IMG/VR virus record: IMGVR_UViG_3300032254_000001
Location: 1 to 64,000 of that record
DNA from: a virus
Taxonomy: Duplodnaviria; Caudoviricetes
Reading direction: 5' to 3' (one strand)
Length of the DNA stretch: 64,000 nucleotides
Below, in pieces: positions 1 through 10,175 of this stretch. Position numbers and translations under genes: made by a program. Each line of letters opens with the position of its first letter. Positions within the stretch are counted from its first letter, which is position 1. The notes beneath the pieces are model-generated. The model was not told the DNA's origin. It did no database searches and saw only the letters and a list, made by a program, of their open reading frames with translations.

Positions 1-11
1 TGTCAAACTTA

Positions 12-590
12 ATGGTATCCGAAGAACGCTTTAAAGAATACATAGATTACATTAAGAAGCTTTACGACAACGGAAAGATCAAACGCTTTGATATGACAGC
101 CAGCATTGATTGTTGGGGACCTGAGCAAGAGTATGTTCGCATGGGACTTGACTTAAATGTGTTTGAAAGGAACATGGAATACTTGCTAGCGCAAGACGAA
201 AGCTGGTTACGCATTAATGTGAACCAGACAGTAAGTGCGTTAACAATTAAAACAATGCCTGCGCTAATAGAAAAGATTAATGGCTGGAAGGCAAGACGTA
301 CAGAGTTCGGACATTACTTTCAGAAGTTAGTTGATCCGGAAGTAATGGCACCTACTATATTCCCTAAAGGTTATTGGGCTGAAGACTTTGAAAAGATAAT
401 GTCGTTAATGCAAAATGAAACCTGGGATGAAAAACATGCTTACAAAATGATGATAGGCATGATCAAACAAATCGAAGACGAGTCAGAGCTTGACGGCACG
501 TTAATAGATAATCTAAAAGCATACCTAACTGAAATAGACCAACGCCGCGGCACTAACTGGCAACCATTGTTTCCTTTCCTTAACTCATAA
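12..590 (+). CDS. radical SAM-like protein, C-terminal part (probably truncated by window edge)
   Basis: SIDCWGPEQEYVR..LD...FERNMEYL resembles the C-terminal half of phage radical SAM proteins; the CxxxCxxC motif is not in the window. Confidence 0.5.
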   Translation: MVSEERFKEYIDYIKKLYDNGKIKRFDMTASIDCWGPEQEYVRMGLDLNVFERNMEYLLAQDESWLRINVNQTVSALTIKTMPALIEKINGWKARRTEFGHYFQKLVDPEVMAPTIFPKGYWAEDFEKIMSLMQNETWDEKHAYKMMIGMIKQIEDESELDGTLIDNLKAYLTEIDQRRGTNWQPLFPFLNS

Positions 591-592
591 AA

Positions 593-616
593 AAACACTC
601 CTAAGAGTGTTTCTTT
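593..616. terminator. bidirectional intrinsic terminator
   Basis: AAACACTC-CTAA-GAGTGTTT hairpin with A/T tracts between convergent genes. Confidence 0.7.
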
Positions 617-621
617 GTGTA

Positions 622-696
622 TGGTGCCGGCAGGAGGATTCGAACCCCCGTCTGAGCCTTACAAGGGCTCTGCTAGACCAACTCAGCTATACCGGC
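622..696 (-). tRNA. tRNA-Thr(TGT)
   Basis: cloverleaf GCCGGTA..GAGCC-CTTGTAA-GGCTC..GGTTCGAAT..ACCA. Confidence 0.92.
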
Positions 697-697
697 G

Positions 698-856
698 TTA
701 TAATGTGTATCTAAAATCATAGTTGAAGTTGGCTTGCTCACGCATGTACTCGGCTTCAATTCTATCTCTTTCTTCTTGGCGTTTGTGAAATGCTTCAATA
801 GCTTCTTTGCTAAGGCTTTTCTCTTTCAATGCATTGATTAAATCTTCAACTGTCAT
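698..856 (-). CDS. small hypothetical protein (52 aa, below ORF-track cutoff)
   Basis: open frame MTVEDLINALKEKSLSKEAIEAFHKRQEER... filling the gap between genes. Confidence 0.5.
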   Translation of the reverse strand: MTVEDLINALKEKSLSKEAIEAFHKRQEERDRIEAEYMREQANFNYDFRYTL

Positions 857-869
857 TTGTGCCATGTTT

Positions 870-1118
870 TTATTTACCTTCTGTATCCTTCAACAATAAA
901 ATTGTTACTTCGGGATTGGTGTATGACGAAATCTCTGTTACCGTTGTTACGACTTTCAATAACCTGCCTGTTCCGTTACAGTCTCTGCATACTGTGTTCC
1001 ACTCTTTGTATTCGCCTCTGTGCGGATCCGATAGTTCACTATGCGACTGAGTGCCGTAGCCACTGCATGTATCACATAAGATGACATTTTGTGATGTGTG
1101 TTTATGCATTAATCCCAA
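870..1118 (-). CDS. small DnaJ-type zinc-finger protein
   Basis: CDTCSGYG and CRDCNGTG (CxxCxGxG) motifs. Confidence 0.6.
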   Translation of the reverse strand: MGLMHKHTSQNVILCDTCSGYGTQSHSELSDPHRGEYKEWNTVCRDCNGTGRLLKVVTTVTEISSYTNPEVTILLLKDTEGK

Positions 1119-1825
1119 AGCCCCTGGTAGTACTTGCCGAACAGAACTAGTCCTTTAGCAATACGTTTTTGATGTGCTTTGTAACCTTTCTTATCGAATA
1201 CGTGTGTATCCTTAGGACCAGTTTTCATTTCACTGTAAGTTTCACCTTCGACTTTCTCAAAGTAGATATCGTGCTCTCCAGTGTGGAATTGTGCATCGTT
1301 ATCTTCATCGTTAAGTTGTTCGAAAGTCCAGATAAGCTCGTCCATAACCCAATCCCAACGCTCGTGGATGTTGCTATCGCTATCCCAATCGTTTTCTTTT
1401 TCGTCAGCTTCAGTGCTACGTAGTCCTAGTCCTTTTGGAACATCTTTGTCCTCTACCATCGGGCTGCCGTGCTTAGTAGCTTTTAACTGTTTAAGCATTG
1501 GGAGGATAATCATGCTTAAAGTACCGTCCATGTTCCATGTATCCCATGGATCGATTTGGATCTTAACCTTGCGCTTTTTCTTGGATTCAATCCATTGTAG
1601 TAATTTGTATAGAAGTGTTTCGTGGCGCTCATTTCTGCTTAGTTTGAAGATCTTACCTTTCTTCTCGATATGACCGTGTGCTAGCCATTCGCCAAAGGTG
1701 TGAACCCATTCAGGCTTTTCTTTAAAGCCATTTTCGTCAGTGACAGGTTTAGCCCAAAAGCATAGCTTTTCAGCTAGCTGATATGGTCCAAGCCACGTAG
1801 TGAATTTTCCAATTTTAACTTTCAT
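1109..1825 (-). CDS. hypothetical phage protein
   Basis: 238 aa ORF with promoter upstream; no recognised domain. Confidence 0.7.
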   Translation of the reverse strand: MKVKIGKFTTWLGPYQLAEKLCFWAKPVTDENGFKEKPEWVHTFGEWLAHGHIEKKGKIFKLSRNERHETLLYKLLQWIESKKKRKVKIQIDPWDTWNMDGTLSMIILPMLKQLKATKHGSPMVEDKDVPKGLGLRSTEADEKENDWDSDSNIHERWDWVMDELIWTFEQLNDEDNDAQFHTGEHDIYFEKVEGETYSEMKTGPKDTHVFDKKGYKAHQKRIAKGLVLFGKYYQGLWD

Positions 1826-1831
1826 GCGCGT

Positions 1832-1860
1832 ATTGTATTACAAATACGCTGTGAGGTCAA
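1832..1860 (-). promoter_or_regulatory. sigma70-type promoter
   Basis: TTGACC-17 nt-TACAAT on minus strand. Confidence 0.7.
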
Positions 1861-1861
1861 C

Positions 1862-2284
1862 CTAAATTTTGCCGTTTTCGGTAAGGTAAGTGTAGTTTTC
1901 TAAATGAGATGCAGCAATGTCTGCCTTGCTTTGGCCTTGATATTCAACAGCATAACGCTCGTTAATTAGGAATTGATTTAGGTTTAATGTTTGGTTGTCT
2001 ACCCAAAGAGTACCAAGTATACGACCAAATTTGCCTTTGCCATCTAGCTGTGTTTCAACAAGGATACGTTCGCCAACTGGGCAAAATCCATCAACCACAG
2101 ATTTAGCAAGTAAGCCAAATTGTTTTTCTAGATCGTCACGTGTTCTGCATTCTGGTGTGTCTACACCAAATAAGCGAATACGCTGGTTTGCGTAAATAAC
2201 ACCAAAGCCTAAGTCGATATCTACATCTACTGTATCACCGTCGACTACGCGAGTTACAGTTGCATTGTATATAAAAGGTTTCAT
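1862..2284 (-). CDS. thermonuclease (SNase-like) family nuclease
   Basis: VVDGDTVDVDIDLGF, RIRLFGVDTPE, GKFGRILG motifs; start moved to MKPFIY. Confidence 0.9.
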   Translation of the reverse strand: MKPFIYNATVTRVVDGDTVDVDIDLGFGVIYANQRIRLFGVDTPECRTRDDLEKQFGLLAKSVVDGFCPVGERILVETQLDGKGKFGRILGTLWVDNQTLNLNQFLINERYAVEYQGQSKADIAASHLENYTYLTENGKI

Positions 2285-2288
2285 AATG

Positions 2289-2654
2289 TTATTTATCAGG
2301 TTGGGCAACAATAGGCGAGCTTGAACGTACTCTGCGATCGATTTTTGAATTATAATTAGTACTTTGCTCGGCTCTGCGGTTCACCGCAATGTTAACCGGC
2401 TTACTAGCGGTAGTGCTACAATAGACATTCATAGCAGCGGTGATCATAACAAATAAACAAGTTATTATTCCGTCTGGTGGCGGATGATCGCTGCCGCCAA
2501 TTGAAATAAAGTGCCAAACGGCGAATAAAACAATTATCAAACCGAACGCACCATTTAATGTGCCGAGGTTCTTAGTTAGTCGATATATCCATAACATACC
2601 TAGCACCGGTATTGCCACTGCTAGAGATGTCATAATTGCCATTAATGTTTCCAT
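2289..2654 (-). CDS. membrane protein (about 3 TM helices)
   Basis: three hydrophobic segments. Confidence 0.6.
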   Translation of the reverse strand: METLMAIMTSLAVAIPVLGMLWIYRLTKNLGTLNGAFGLIIVLFAVWHFISIGGSDHPPPDGIITCLFVMITAAMNVYCSTTASKPVNIAVNRRAEQSTNYNSKIDRRVRSSSPIVAQPDK

Positions 2655-2656
2655 GC

Positions 2657-3022
2657 TTACCCTGCCCCCGCTGCCTTAATAAAGTCTTGTAGCAAGTATA
2701 ACGCGACTGTAGTTAGAAGACCAACAACTGCCCATATAGCTTTTTCGTTAAAGTTAACTTGACGGTCAGCACCTGATTGTGTGATGTATAAATTTTGCAA
2801 TGACTTGTGAATTGATTCAACTGATGTTTCTAAGTTAGTCATATCTTCTTTGAGGTCAGCAAGCCTTTCGCGCATGTCACCACGAGAGCGTTCGATATCC
2901 TTGCCCATATTATCATTGATTATTTGAATATTTGAAGACAATGCCGCCATGCCTTGTTCAACTTCCCTAAGGCGTTCCTCTAGTCCTTCAAATCTTCTAT
3001 GTTGGAAACAATCTTCAGCCAT
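2657..3022 (-). CDS. coiled-coil protein with C-terminal TM helix (XhlA/holin-like)
   Basis: heptad-rich N-terminus then AIWAVVGLLTTVALYLL. Confidence 0.45.
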   Translation of the reverse strand: MAEDCFQHRRFEGLEERLREVEQGMAALSSNIQIINDNMGKDIERSRGDMRERLADLKEDMTNLETSVESIHKSLQNLYITQSGADRQVNFNEKAIWAVVGLLTTVALYLLQDFIKAAGAG

Positions 3023-3086
3023 GTGTATCTCCTTGCTTTATACTATTTATTTTTTAAAGCAGAAGATTAATGTAGGTTTAGAACTT

Positions 3087-3515
3087 TTACGTTAATATTG
3101 ATAGTGCGTGAAATCGGTAACACTTAGCAAAGATAGCATTACCATATTGATTTGGTGTTATGGAAGCTTTCTGTTCGTGTATAGTCCAAGCAAACTCGAT
3201 TAAGTCTCGTAGCTTTGCTAATTCACTGGCTCCGATGTATTCTGCATCTTGTGATAGTGCGAACCTATCCCATATTTGTAACTGTACCTTTAGCTTGACA
3301 TCACCTTTTGCATTTTGTAAAGCTTTAGCACCGATGCCTGCGCGTCTTTCGCATGTTAGTTGATTTTCTTCGGATAGTTGCGGACTTCTTACTTTGAAAG
3401 GAATAACCTGCATTTTAGGTTCTTTGAAAGTTTTCTTAAGAGGAATATTAGCGTATGCAGAGTGCATCCCTAAAGAAAATATAAGTAGTATCCATACCGC
3501 AGCTATTCTTCTCAT
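3087..3515 (-). CDS. hypothetical exported protein
   Basis: N-terminal signal peptide ending AYA. Confidence 0.55.
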   Translation of the reverse strand: MRRIAAVWILLIFSLGMHSAYANIPLKKTFKEPKMQVIPFKVRSPQLSEENQLTCERRAGIGAKALQNAKGDVKLKVQLQIWDRFALSQDAEYIGASELAKLRDLIEFAWTIHEQKASITPNQYGNAIFAKCYRFHALSILT

Positions 3516-3557
3516 AAAAGTACTTATGAGTAGAGTTAGCCGGTTACTGTAGGGTTA

Positions 3558-3890
3558 TTACTTGCCTAGTAGCTGATGTACCAAGTAAGGAGCTTCCATG
3601 TTCATACCACCAATCATAAACTTAAATTCTTTGGTTGGATATTTCATTGGGTCGCCTTGCGCTGCCCAGTCATAAATTGTTGCAATTTCGTAATCGAAAT
3701 CATCGTCATCTTCTAACGAATCTGGGACGCGGAATTGAATGCGCCATTCGTTATATATACCGCTACCATTGCCACGTTTTGGTTCGCCAAACACTCTGAC
3801 AATTTCACTGAACGTTGCTGTAATTGTGCCACGCTTGCTTGTGCCTTTGATATCAATATCGTTGTCTACTTCAAATGTTACTTTATTCAT
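3558..3890 (-). CDS. hypothetical phage protein
   Basis: 110 aa ORF in tightly packed minus-strand run. Confidence 0.6.
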   Translation of the reverse strand: MNKVTFEVDNDIDIKGTSKRGTITATFSEIVRVFGEPKRGNGSGIYNEWRIQFRVPDSLEDDDDFDYEIATIYDWAAQGDPMKYPTKEFKFMIGGMNMEAPYLVHQLLGK

Positions 3891-4086
3891 CTTTAATTAT
3901 TATCCCATCATTGCGGTAGCGTTCGAACAGCTCCATTTCCATTGGGTACCATGTATCACCTTGGTAAATGTAGCATCTTGATATTCCACTTTTGTAAGTA
4001 CGTATTTCAACTTTCTCGCGATTGCTGTTAATAGTCTTAAATTTTTGAACGCTTGTTGATATATATTTATGGCTCATGCAATTATG

Positions 4087-4323
4087 CTATTGTTTCCAAG
4101 ACTCTCCATTCTTTGGCTTCATACTTTTATCTGGCTTGCATGTCACATCACGTTGTGAACCGTTAGCAAAGAAACGTGGTTGATGTCCGGCAGCTAAACA
4201 TTCGTTATAAACTGTCGCTTCCGGCTCGCTCATTGGTAGTGGACCGTCGCAACCTGCTAGCATAAATGTAGCTAGTAAACCCATTAAAATTTTGATAACA
4301 CTGCTCCTAATATTGAAACGCAT
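4087..4323 (-). CDS. small lipoprotein
   Basis: lipobox LAGC after hydrophobic stretch. Confidence 0.6.
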   Translation of the reverse strand: MRFNIRSSVIKILMGLLATFMLAGCDGPLPMSEPEATVYNECLAAGHQPRFFANGSQRDVTCKPDKSMKPKNGESWKQ

Positions 4324-4495
4324 AATCCCATCATTACACTATTGAAATAAGTTATTGCAACAGTGCCGAAGAAGTTAACTACAACTAACATGATCCAGCC
4401 AATGAATGCAAAGGGTAGTGATACGATTAATACCACTACCACAATTAGCATTATAATAACCCCAAGTATTCCGATTACTTCTGCTAAGTCTCTCA

Positions 4496-5362
4496 TTAAA
4501 AGTCTCCGTAGTTAACTTGGAATACAGTTAAGCCCAAGTGACGCCACATGTGAACAACTTGATCACGGTCATCAAATACGCCCAACACATTGTAATTGTC
4601 TTTAATGTGTCGGTAGTAGATTTCCTCTTTGATCAACGTATCCTTGCGGTTATCACCTTCTGGGCGGATGTAGAAATGATCGTACTTTACGCCGATGTCG
4701 GCTAACCACTGAACAGTCAAGTCCTTGCAAACACCGTCACGACCACTTACCATAATAACTGTATGACCAGCGTCCTTCAATGTGTTGACAACGGAGATAA
4801 CATCCATACGAGGCAAGTCGGTATCAACCTTCATCCACTCAAATGGACCACGTCCGTTCATTTGTGCAACAGTACCGTCGATGTCTACTAAGTAGCAACC
4901 AGGCAAGCTTTCGTCCTGTGCAGGCGTAGGCCACCAATCTTCTTTGTTGCGTTCGTACATGCCCATGATAACTTTTGAACCAACTGGGAATTCACGACGC
5001 GCATCACGCTGGATTAATTCACCAACAGTAACATCGGTGAATAACTTTTCACGGTAAGAAGCACCCATATCTTTAGCAAGTTCTTTCCACGCACGGTTGC
5101 GGTCTGGGTTCAAGTTAGTGTCTGAGACAATAACTGACTTACCGTTCTGCAATGCAGCGATAACAGAATGACGTGCGATTTCACTAACAGTGTTTTCACG
5201 CCACTTGCTGAACTTGTTATAACGATCACGACCTTGCAACATCAATCGGATGTCGTCACGATTAACATTCACATATTCAGGATGTGTTTTGATGAATTCA
5301 ACTGCCCAAGTAGTTTTGCCACTTGCTGGCAATCCGACAGTTACGACTAATTCTTGTGTCAT
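4496..5362 (-). CDS. pseT: polynucleotide 5'-kinase/3'-phosphatase (T4 PseT-like)
   Basis: P-loop GLPASGKT, NRDDIR, HAD motif DIDGT, SGRD, FDDR; start moved to MTQELV. Confidence 0.95.
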   Translation of the reverse strand: MTQELVVTVGLPASGKTTWAVEFIKTHPEYVNVNRDDIRLMLQGRDRYNKFSKWRENTVSEIARHSVIAALQNGKSVIVSDTNLNPDRNRAWKELAKDMGASYREKLFTDVTVGELIQRDARREFPVGSKVIMGMYERNKEDWWPTPAQDESLPGCYLVDIDGTVAQMNGRGPFEWMKVDTDLPRMDVISVVNTLKDAGHTVIMVSGRDGVCKDLTVQWLADIGVKYDHFYIRPEGDNRKDTLIKEEIYYRHIKDNYNVLGVFDDRDQVVHMWRHLGLTVFQVNYGDF

Positions 5363-5755
5363 ACTTTTTCCTCTATTGTTTGAGCTATTGTCAGAGCGAA
5401 CAATAATTCCTCTAACATACAATCTTCAAAATCTTTAACACAAATGGCACAGTAAGAATCAGTTATGATTCCTGTTGATGTGAATCCTTCAATTCGCATT
5501 CCAGTAAACTCATCAACGTGTGCAAATGTCTCGCCGTCTTCTGTGTTATCAAATGTATAAAGACGGGTATAAACAGTGTCCGGTTTCTCGCCTGCTGGCG
5601 CATTAATTAGTTCTGCGGTGTTTTCAATATAGCCACTTTCCCACAAGCGTGGTTCAAGTATACGTTTGATTTTCTGTGTAATTTCAAACTTATGGTTATT
5701 AATTTGGATTAGGCCAATCATAAAAAACCCCTGCATTACTATAATCTATGTACTA

Positions 5756-5784
5756 ATTATAGCAATTTACAGGGGTTAGGTCAA
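5756..5784 (-). promoter_or_regulatory. sigma70-type promoter with nearby IHF site (5810-5822)
   Basis: TTGACC-17-TATAAT followed by TAGTACATAG; AATCAATGACTTA matches IHF consensus WATCAAN4TTR. Confidence 0.75.
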
Positions 5785-5826
5785 CCTTTTATTTGGTTAT
5801 TTGGAGCTGTAAGTCATTGATTTTGG

Positions 5827-6858
5827 TTAGAAGCCACCAGCTATCGCAGCACGGCTCCATATATCAGCTACACCATCTGTCCATGTTGTGTGGCAGATGT
5901 ATACAAAATTAGCATCAGCGCGTACCATGCCTGCTGTATGACCTGCCACGCCCTTGGCATTTGCTGGTATGCTATTGGTTCTAACTACAGTACCATTACC
6001 AGCCTCGATAGTTGAGATGCTAGAGTTAATTGGCGATACAGTGTTATCTACATATGCTTTGATACTTTGCTGAGTTGCTAGAGCGACATCACTATTGCTG
6101 CCCAACGAATCTTCATCATATATGTCAGTAACATTAAAGCCAGTTAATGTTAAGTTATTGGTGTGGATTGTCTCGCCGTGTATTTCGTTGAATTCGTTTG
6201 TGTTGTCAATGCCTAAGTTCAAGCCTAAGTTAGTATGTGGATATACTGCCGAACCATCAACCTTTAGTTGGTTTGTTTTAACGCTAGCAACATCAGTTGA
6301 AAATATAATAGTGTCTGTAACGCCATCAACTTCGACAACGTTGAGCCCGTCTGCTGTGCTTATTGATGTGTGAACTTTGTTATCTACATAAGCTTTAACA
6401 CTCTGTTGAGTTACTAAAGCAGTGTCACTATTTGCAGTTAATGTATCATCATCTAATATGCTTGAAACGACAACACCTGACGCCAATGCAAGTATAGCAA
6501 GGTTGGAAGTACCAGCAACATAAACGTCTTTAATTCTTGCGCCACTGCTGCCAAGGTCGATATCGTTAGTAAGAGTAGGTAAAATAGCTCCGTCTACGAT
6601 TGTAAGTTGCGAAGTTTTAACGCCAGTGTCGTTAATTGAAAATACAATTTCGTCGCCTATGCCGTTAATCCTAACTTCATTTAGATCAGCTGTGTCAGCT
6701 ATTACCGGAATGTATGCGCCATTGCCAACAGTCCCATCGTGTGTGTGGCCTGTAGAATTGTCAAATGCTGCTTCAATCGCAGTGTATTCCTGCTCAAATA
6801 AATTAACGGTAATTACTTCACCGTCTACACTTGTAAAACCTTCTGTATAACCTGCCAT
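5827..6858 (-). CDS. virion structural / tail-fibre-like protein
   Basis: MAGYT..GHTHDGT N-terminus and two copies of D(D/E)D.L..NSD.AL.TQQS.KAYVD, typical of marine phage fibre proteins. Confidence 0.65.
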   Translation of the reverse strand: MAGYTEGFTSVDGEVITVNLFEQEYTAIEAAFDNSTGHTHDGTVGNGAYIPVIADTADLNEVRINGIGDEIVFSINDTGVKTSQLTIVDGAILPTLTNDIDLGSSGARIKDVYVAGTSNLAILALASGVVVSSILDDDTLTANSDTALVTQQSVKAYVDNKVHTSISTADGLNVVEVDGVTDTIIFSTDVASVKTNQLKVDGSAVYPHTNLGLNLGIDNTNEFNEIHGETIHTNNLTLTGFNVTDIYDEDSLGSNSDVALATQQSIKAYVDNTVSPINSSISTIEAGNGTVVRTNSIPANAKGVAGHTAGMVRADANFVYICHTTWTDGVADIWSRAAIAGGF

Positions 6859-6909
6859 GCTGAACTCCTATGTAAATATAATACATATTTATCTAGAAGT
6901 TCAGTGAAG

Positions 6910-7689
6910 TTATACTTCGATTATGAGGCTTGGGTCGTACCCGCTATCTTCGTATATAGTTGTACCGGAATGGTAGTCTTTACGTGGGTAACCTTGTTGG
7001 TTGCTTATAACTTGAGTTCCGTTTATATCAGTAACATGTGAATCGTGTGTATGACCGTAAACCCAGTATTTTGCTTTGCTTGCTGCAATAGCCTCTTCTA
7101 AGCCAGTGTTACAGAAACCGTATGTAATGTCACTGAGTGGAAAACGCCTGTGCTCTAATACAATAGGACAATGGTGAGTAATAATAACATCCGCATCGTA
7201 GTTAATTTGTTCTCGTGTGCGAGTGTTAATATCAATAGAATGATCAGCAGTAAACGGACCGATTGAACCGTCTTCTTTCTCTCTGGTTATAACATAGAAA
7301 TCATTCATGCCGTGCCCGATCTTTTTCTTAACAAACCAGTCCCCACCATTGAGATCAGTCCATAGTGTGCTACCCCAAAAGGTAACGCCTTCTAGTTCTA
7401 AATCAGCAGTTCCTAACGCTTCGTCAAGTAAAAACACACCTTCTTCTTTAGCAAACTTGTCTGCCATGGTAAGTGCTTTATCGTAATCTGAATGATAAAA
7501 TTCGTGGTTACCTGGTACCCAGATAACGTGCTCTGCAGACTTGCGTAAGTTATTAAAGTACTTTGCAAGTGCTGGGAGATTGGATATTAACCCATTATCG
7601 CCGCAGCAAATGACAGTATCACATGCTACGGCAGGGTCTAGTGCGGTGCCCATTTCTATGTGGGTATCTGATTGTATATGTATTTTCAT
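6910..7689 (-). CDS. calcineurin-like metallophosphoesterase
   Basis: SDTHIE, CCGD, PGNHE, THH, GHTH motifs. Confidence 0.9.
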   Translation of the reverse strand: MKIHIQSDTHIEMGTALDPAVACDTVICCGDNGLISNLPALAKYFNNLRKSAEHVIWVPGNHEFYHSDYDKALTMADKFAKEEGVFLLDEALGTADLELEGVTFWGSTLWTDLNGGDWFVKKKIGHGMNDFYVITREKEDGSIGPFTADHSIDINTRTREQINYDADVIITHHCPIVLEHRRFPLSDITYGFCNTGLEEAIAASKAKYWVYGHTHDSHVTDINGTQVISNQQGYPRKDYHSGTTIYEDSGYDPSLIIEV

Positions 7690-8465
7690 TAAGCCTTCTC
7701 TGTGTACATTCTTTGGTCTGCAATGTTGATTAACTCATCAACACTGTCAGCTTCATTGCTTAGTGCAACACCGATACTACACGAGATTTCAACAGTGTGT
7801 TCGCGTATATGTATCGGTTCCTCAACAAGAGCTTTAATCTTCTCGCTTACGATAGCGGAAGTGTTGTGGTTACCGTCAACGACAATAACAAACTCATCGC
7901 CACCGTAGCGACAAAATAAATCAGTCTCACGTATAATGCCTTTGATTCGCTTCGCAACAGTCTTTAACACAAGGTCACCTGTAATGTGACCCATTGTATC
8001 GTTAACTGCTTTGAACTTATTCAAGTCAATAAACAACAGTGAGTAATCTGACTGCATTCGATTTAGTGCAACAAAAAACTGATCTCGGTTTAGTGTATCA
8101 GTTAGCGTATCGCCGGTTGAGTATTCAGTTGGATCGTGGAATATACCGTACGCCATACCTTCACTCAGTCCTTTAATTTTAATGCACATGTTTATATGCC
8201 TGCCGGACTTGGTAACACCAAATACGCGAGCATGTGAGTTCTCGTCCATTACTGCCCAAGAGTCATCGCTGATCTTGCTATGCAGAATGTAATCGTTTAG
8301 ATTAGTATCTAACAATTCTTCTGGGAGGTACTCAAGTAACCCTGCGCCAAATGTGTTTATGTCGACAATATTAAGATCGTCATCGAACATAACCATACCA
8401 ATTGGGCAGGTGTTAATAAGAGTGTACATTGTGTTATTGTCAATATTGGTCATAATCCTTACCAT
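7689..8465 (-). CDS. PAS-GGDEF diguanylate cyclase
   Basis: FIDLNKFKAVNDTMGHITGD, RETD I-site, RYGGDEF; PAS-like N-terminus. Confidence 0.92.
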   Translation of the reverse strand: MVRIMTNIDNNTMYTLINTCPIGMVMFDDDLNIVDINTFGAGLLEYLPEELLDTNLNDYILHSKISDDSWAVMDENSHARVFGVTKSGRHINMCIKIKGLSEGMAYGIFHDPTEYSTGDTLTDTLNRDQFFVALNRMQSDYSLLFIDLNKFKAVNDTMGHITGDLVLKTVAKRIKGIIRETDLFCRYGGDEFVIVVDGNHNTSAIVSEKIKALVEEPIHIREHTVEISCSIGVALSNEADSVDELINIADQRMYTEKA

Positions 8466-9517
8466 TCAATTTTCTTGATTGATCGTAACAGGAACTCTTT
8501 CCAGTTAGGTTCTGCAGCCTTGCTATAGTACTGCATAGCTGCTGGGAATTCTAACGAAGTTAGCACATCCTGGCCTTTGATTGCATACTCTTTGCGCGAC
8601 AAGTCTTTATTTTCTAACCAATAAGCTGTAACTGTGTTAACAAGCAAATTAGCCTTCTGAATAACCTTGTGTTGCAATTCCTGCATTTCCTTTAATACTT
8701 CCGGTTGGTCAGCAATTAAAGTAAACACATCGTCTGCCTCGTCCTTAAGTACCAACTCGATAAAAGCATTTGGTTGGTTTACAAAGTCCTTGGCGCGGTG
8801 GCGTTCTAAGTACCAATTGCACTTTTCTTTCCACCAGTTCCCCAAATCATCAACTACAACATAACCTTCTATGTTGGTAACTGAATCCAGTTCCAGCAAT
8901 GCATCGTGATCAGCAGTGCCGGTAAAATAGTTATCTGGCATTGATTCAATTGCCATGTACTCACCTGTGATGCGGTGTCGCACATTTAAAATAATTAATT
9001 GTGGTTCGTTGTAATACAACACAATACGGTACTTAGGGTCAGGTGACACCAGTTCCATATTTACTGTATAACCATCACGCTCGCACCATTTAACAAAGTC
9101 AAACAATTCAATGTCAGCGTACATTAATTCTGTTGCAAGTTGCGCATATTCAGAATGGATGCTAGTCTTAGACTTCAAAAGAAGCTTACCATCTGCAGAC
9201 GTAAATGAACTAATTAGTGAACCGTCAGCCTTAATCATAACGTGCTGTGGGTTACCGTAATTGATAAAGTCCACTTCACCTTTGTTGAAGAACTTTTGCA
9301 TTGGGCGCGAAGCTATACGAATGAACTCACCTTGCTCGGTTACTTCAAACATAATACCACGTGACTCTAACGCTGATGTTAACAACCATGAATCCTTATC
9401 AGTAAAGTGATAAGAGAAGATGCGATAGTGCTCATTTTCCAGTTGTGTGTCTGCATGGAAAAATGGAGTATCGTCATTGTTGCATAAAAGCATTAAGTTT
9501 TCGTAAAGTTCTTTCAT
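8459..9517 (-). CDS. rnlA: RNA ligase 1 (T4 Rnl1 family)
   Basis: ESRGIMF, SRPMQKFFN, KADGSL (motif I), EGYVV; start moved to MKELYE. Confidence 0.92.
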   Translation of the reverse strand: MKELYENLMLLCNNDDTPFFHADTQLENEHYRIFSYHFTDKDSWLLTSALESRGIMFEVTEQGEFIRIASRPMQKFFNKGEVDFINYGNPQHVMIKADGSLISSFTSADGKLLLKSKTSIHSEYAQLATELMYADIELFDFVKWCERDGYTVNMELVSPDPKYRIVLYYNEPQLIILNVRHRITGEYMAIESMPDNYFTGTADHDALLELDSVTNIEGYVVVDDLGNWWKEKCNWYLERHRAKDFVNQPNAFIELVLKDEADDVFTLIADQPEVLKEMQELQHKVIQKANLLVNTVTAYWLENKDLSRKEYAIKGQDVLTSLEFPAAMQYYSKAAEPNWKEFLLRSIKKIEW

Positions 9518-10038
9518 TCTGCTTCCTCTAAATACCCTTGGTATACAAAAACACTGCGGTAGTCGCCGTTCTGTTGTCGTATACAATTTCTTACTAAATC
9601 TGATTGGTTTGTAAATGTTGCCAGTCCTTTATCTGCTAATTTTTTAGCAGCTTGCACTTCGCGATTTCCAAACACTGAAGTCCTAGAATACTTGCTGTGT
9701 TTCATGCGTTCTAATAACTTCGTTTCAGTTTTATTAAGCTTCATTACTCGTCTGGTTCAACTTGGTTTACAAAAAACATCTTGTATGTTACTACATGGTC
9801 GCCTTTAATGGCATACCCTGCATGTTTATCTTTGCGCTTCCATTTAGTAACGCCCTGCTCTCCCGTTCTTCCTAGAAACTCTTCACATGTATCGATTGCG
9901 GTTTTTCGACTTGATGTCACGCCAACGATATTAGTGCTGTCCTCCTTGTCATGTGCTATATTATCTAAAATTACATAAGCTCTCATTTGACCTCTCCGAG
10001 TTTTAATAGCTCTGAGCTATATTACTTTTCATACTGTA

Positions 10039-10166
10039 ATTATAACAAACAAAGGGTAGAAGGTCAACCTTTTTCGCTGCCTATCTACCCTTTGTAATCA
10101 ATGACTTACAACTATTAGCATTATAGTAAAATCAATGACTTACGTGTCCTGTGTAAGTCATTGATT
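10039..10166 (-). promoter_or_regulatory. sigma70-type promoter with three IHF-like sites
   Basis: TTGACC-17-TATAAT (10039-10067); AATCAATGACTTA at 10096, 10130 and inverted at 10154. Confidence 0.75.
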
Positions 10167-10175
10167 TACAAGCTA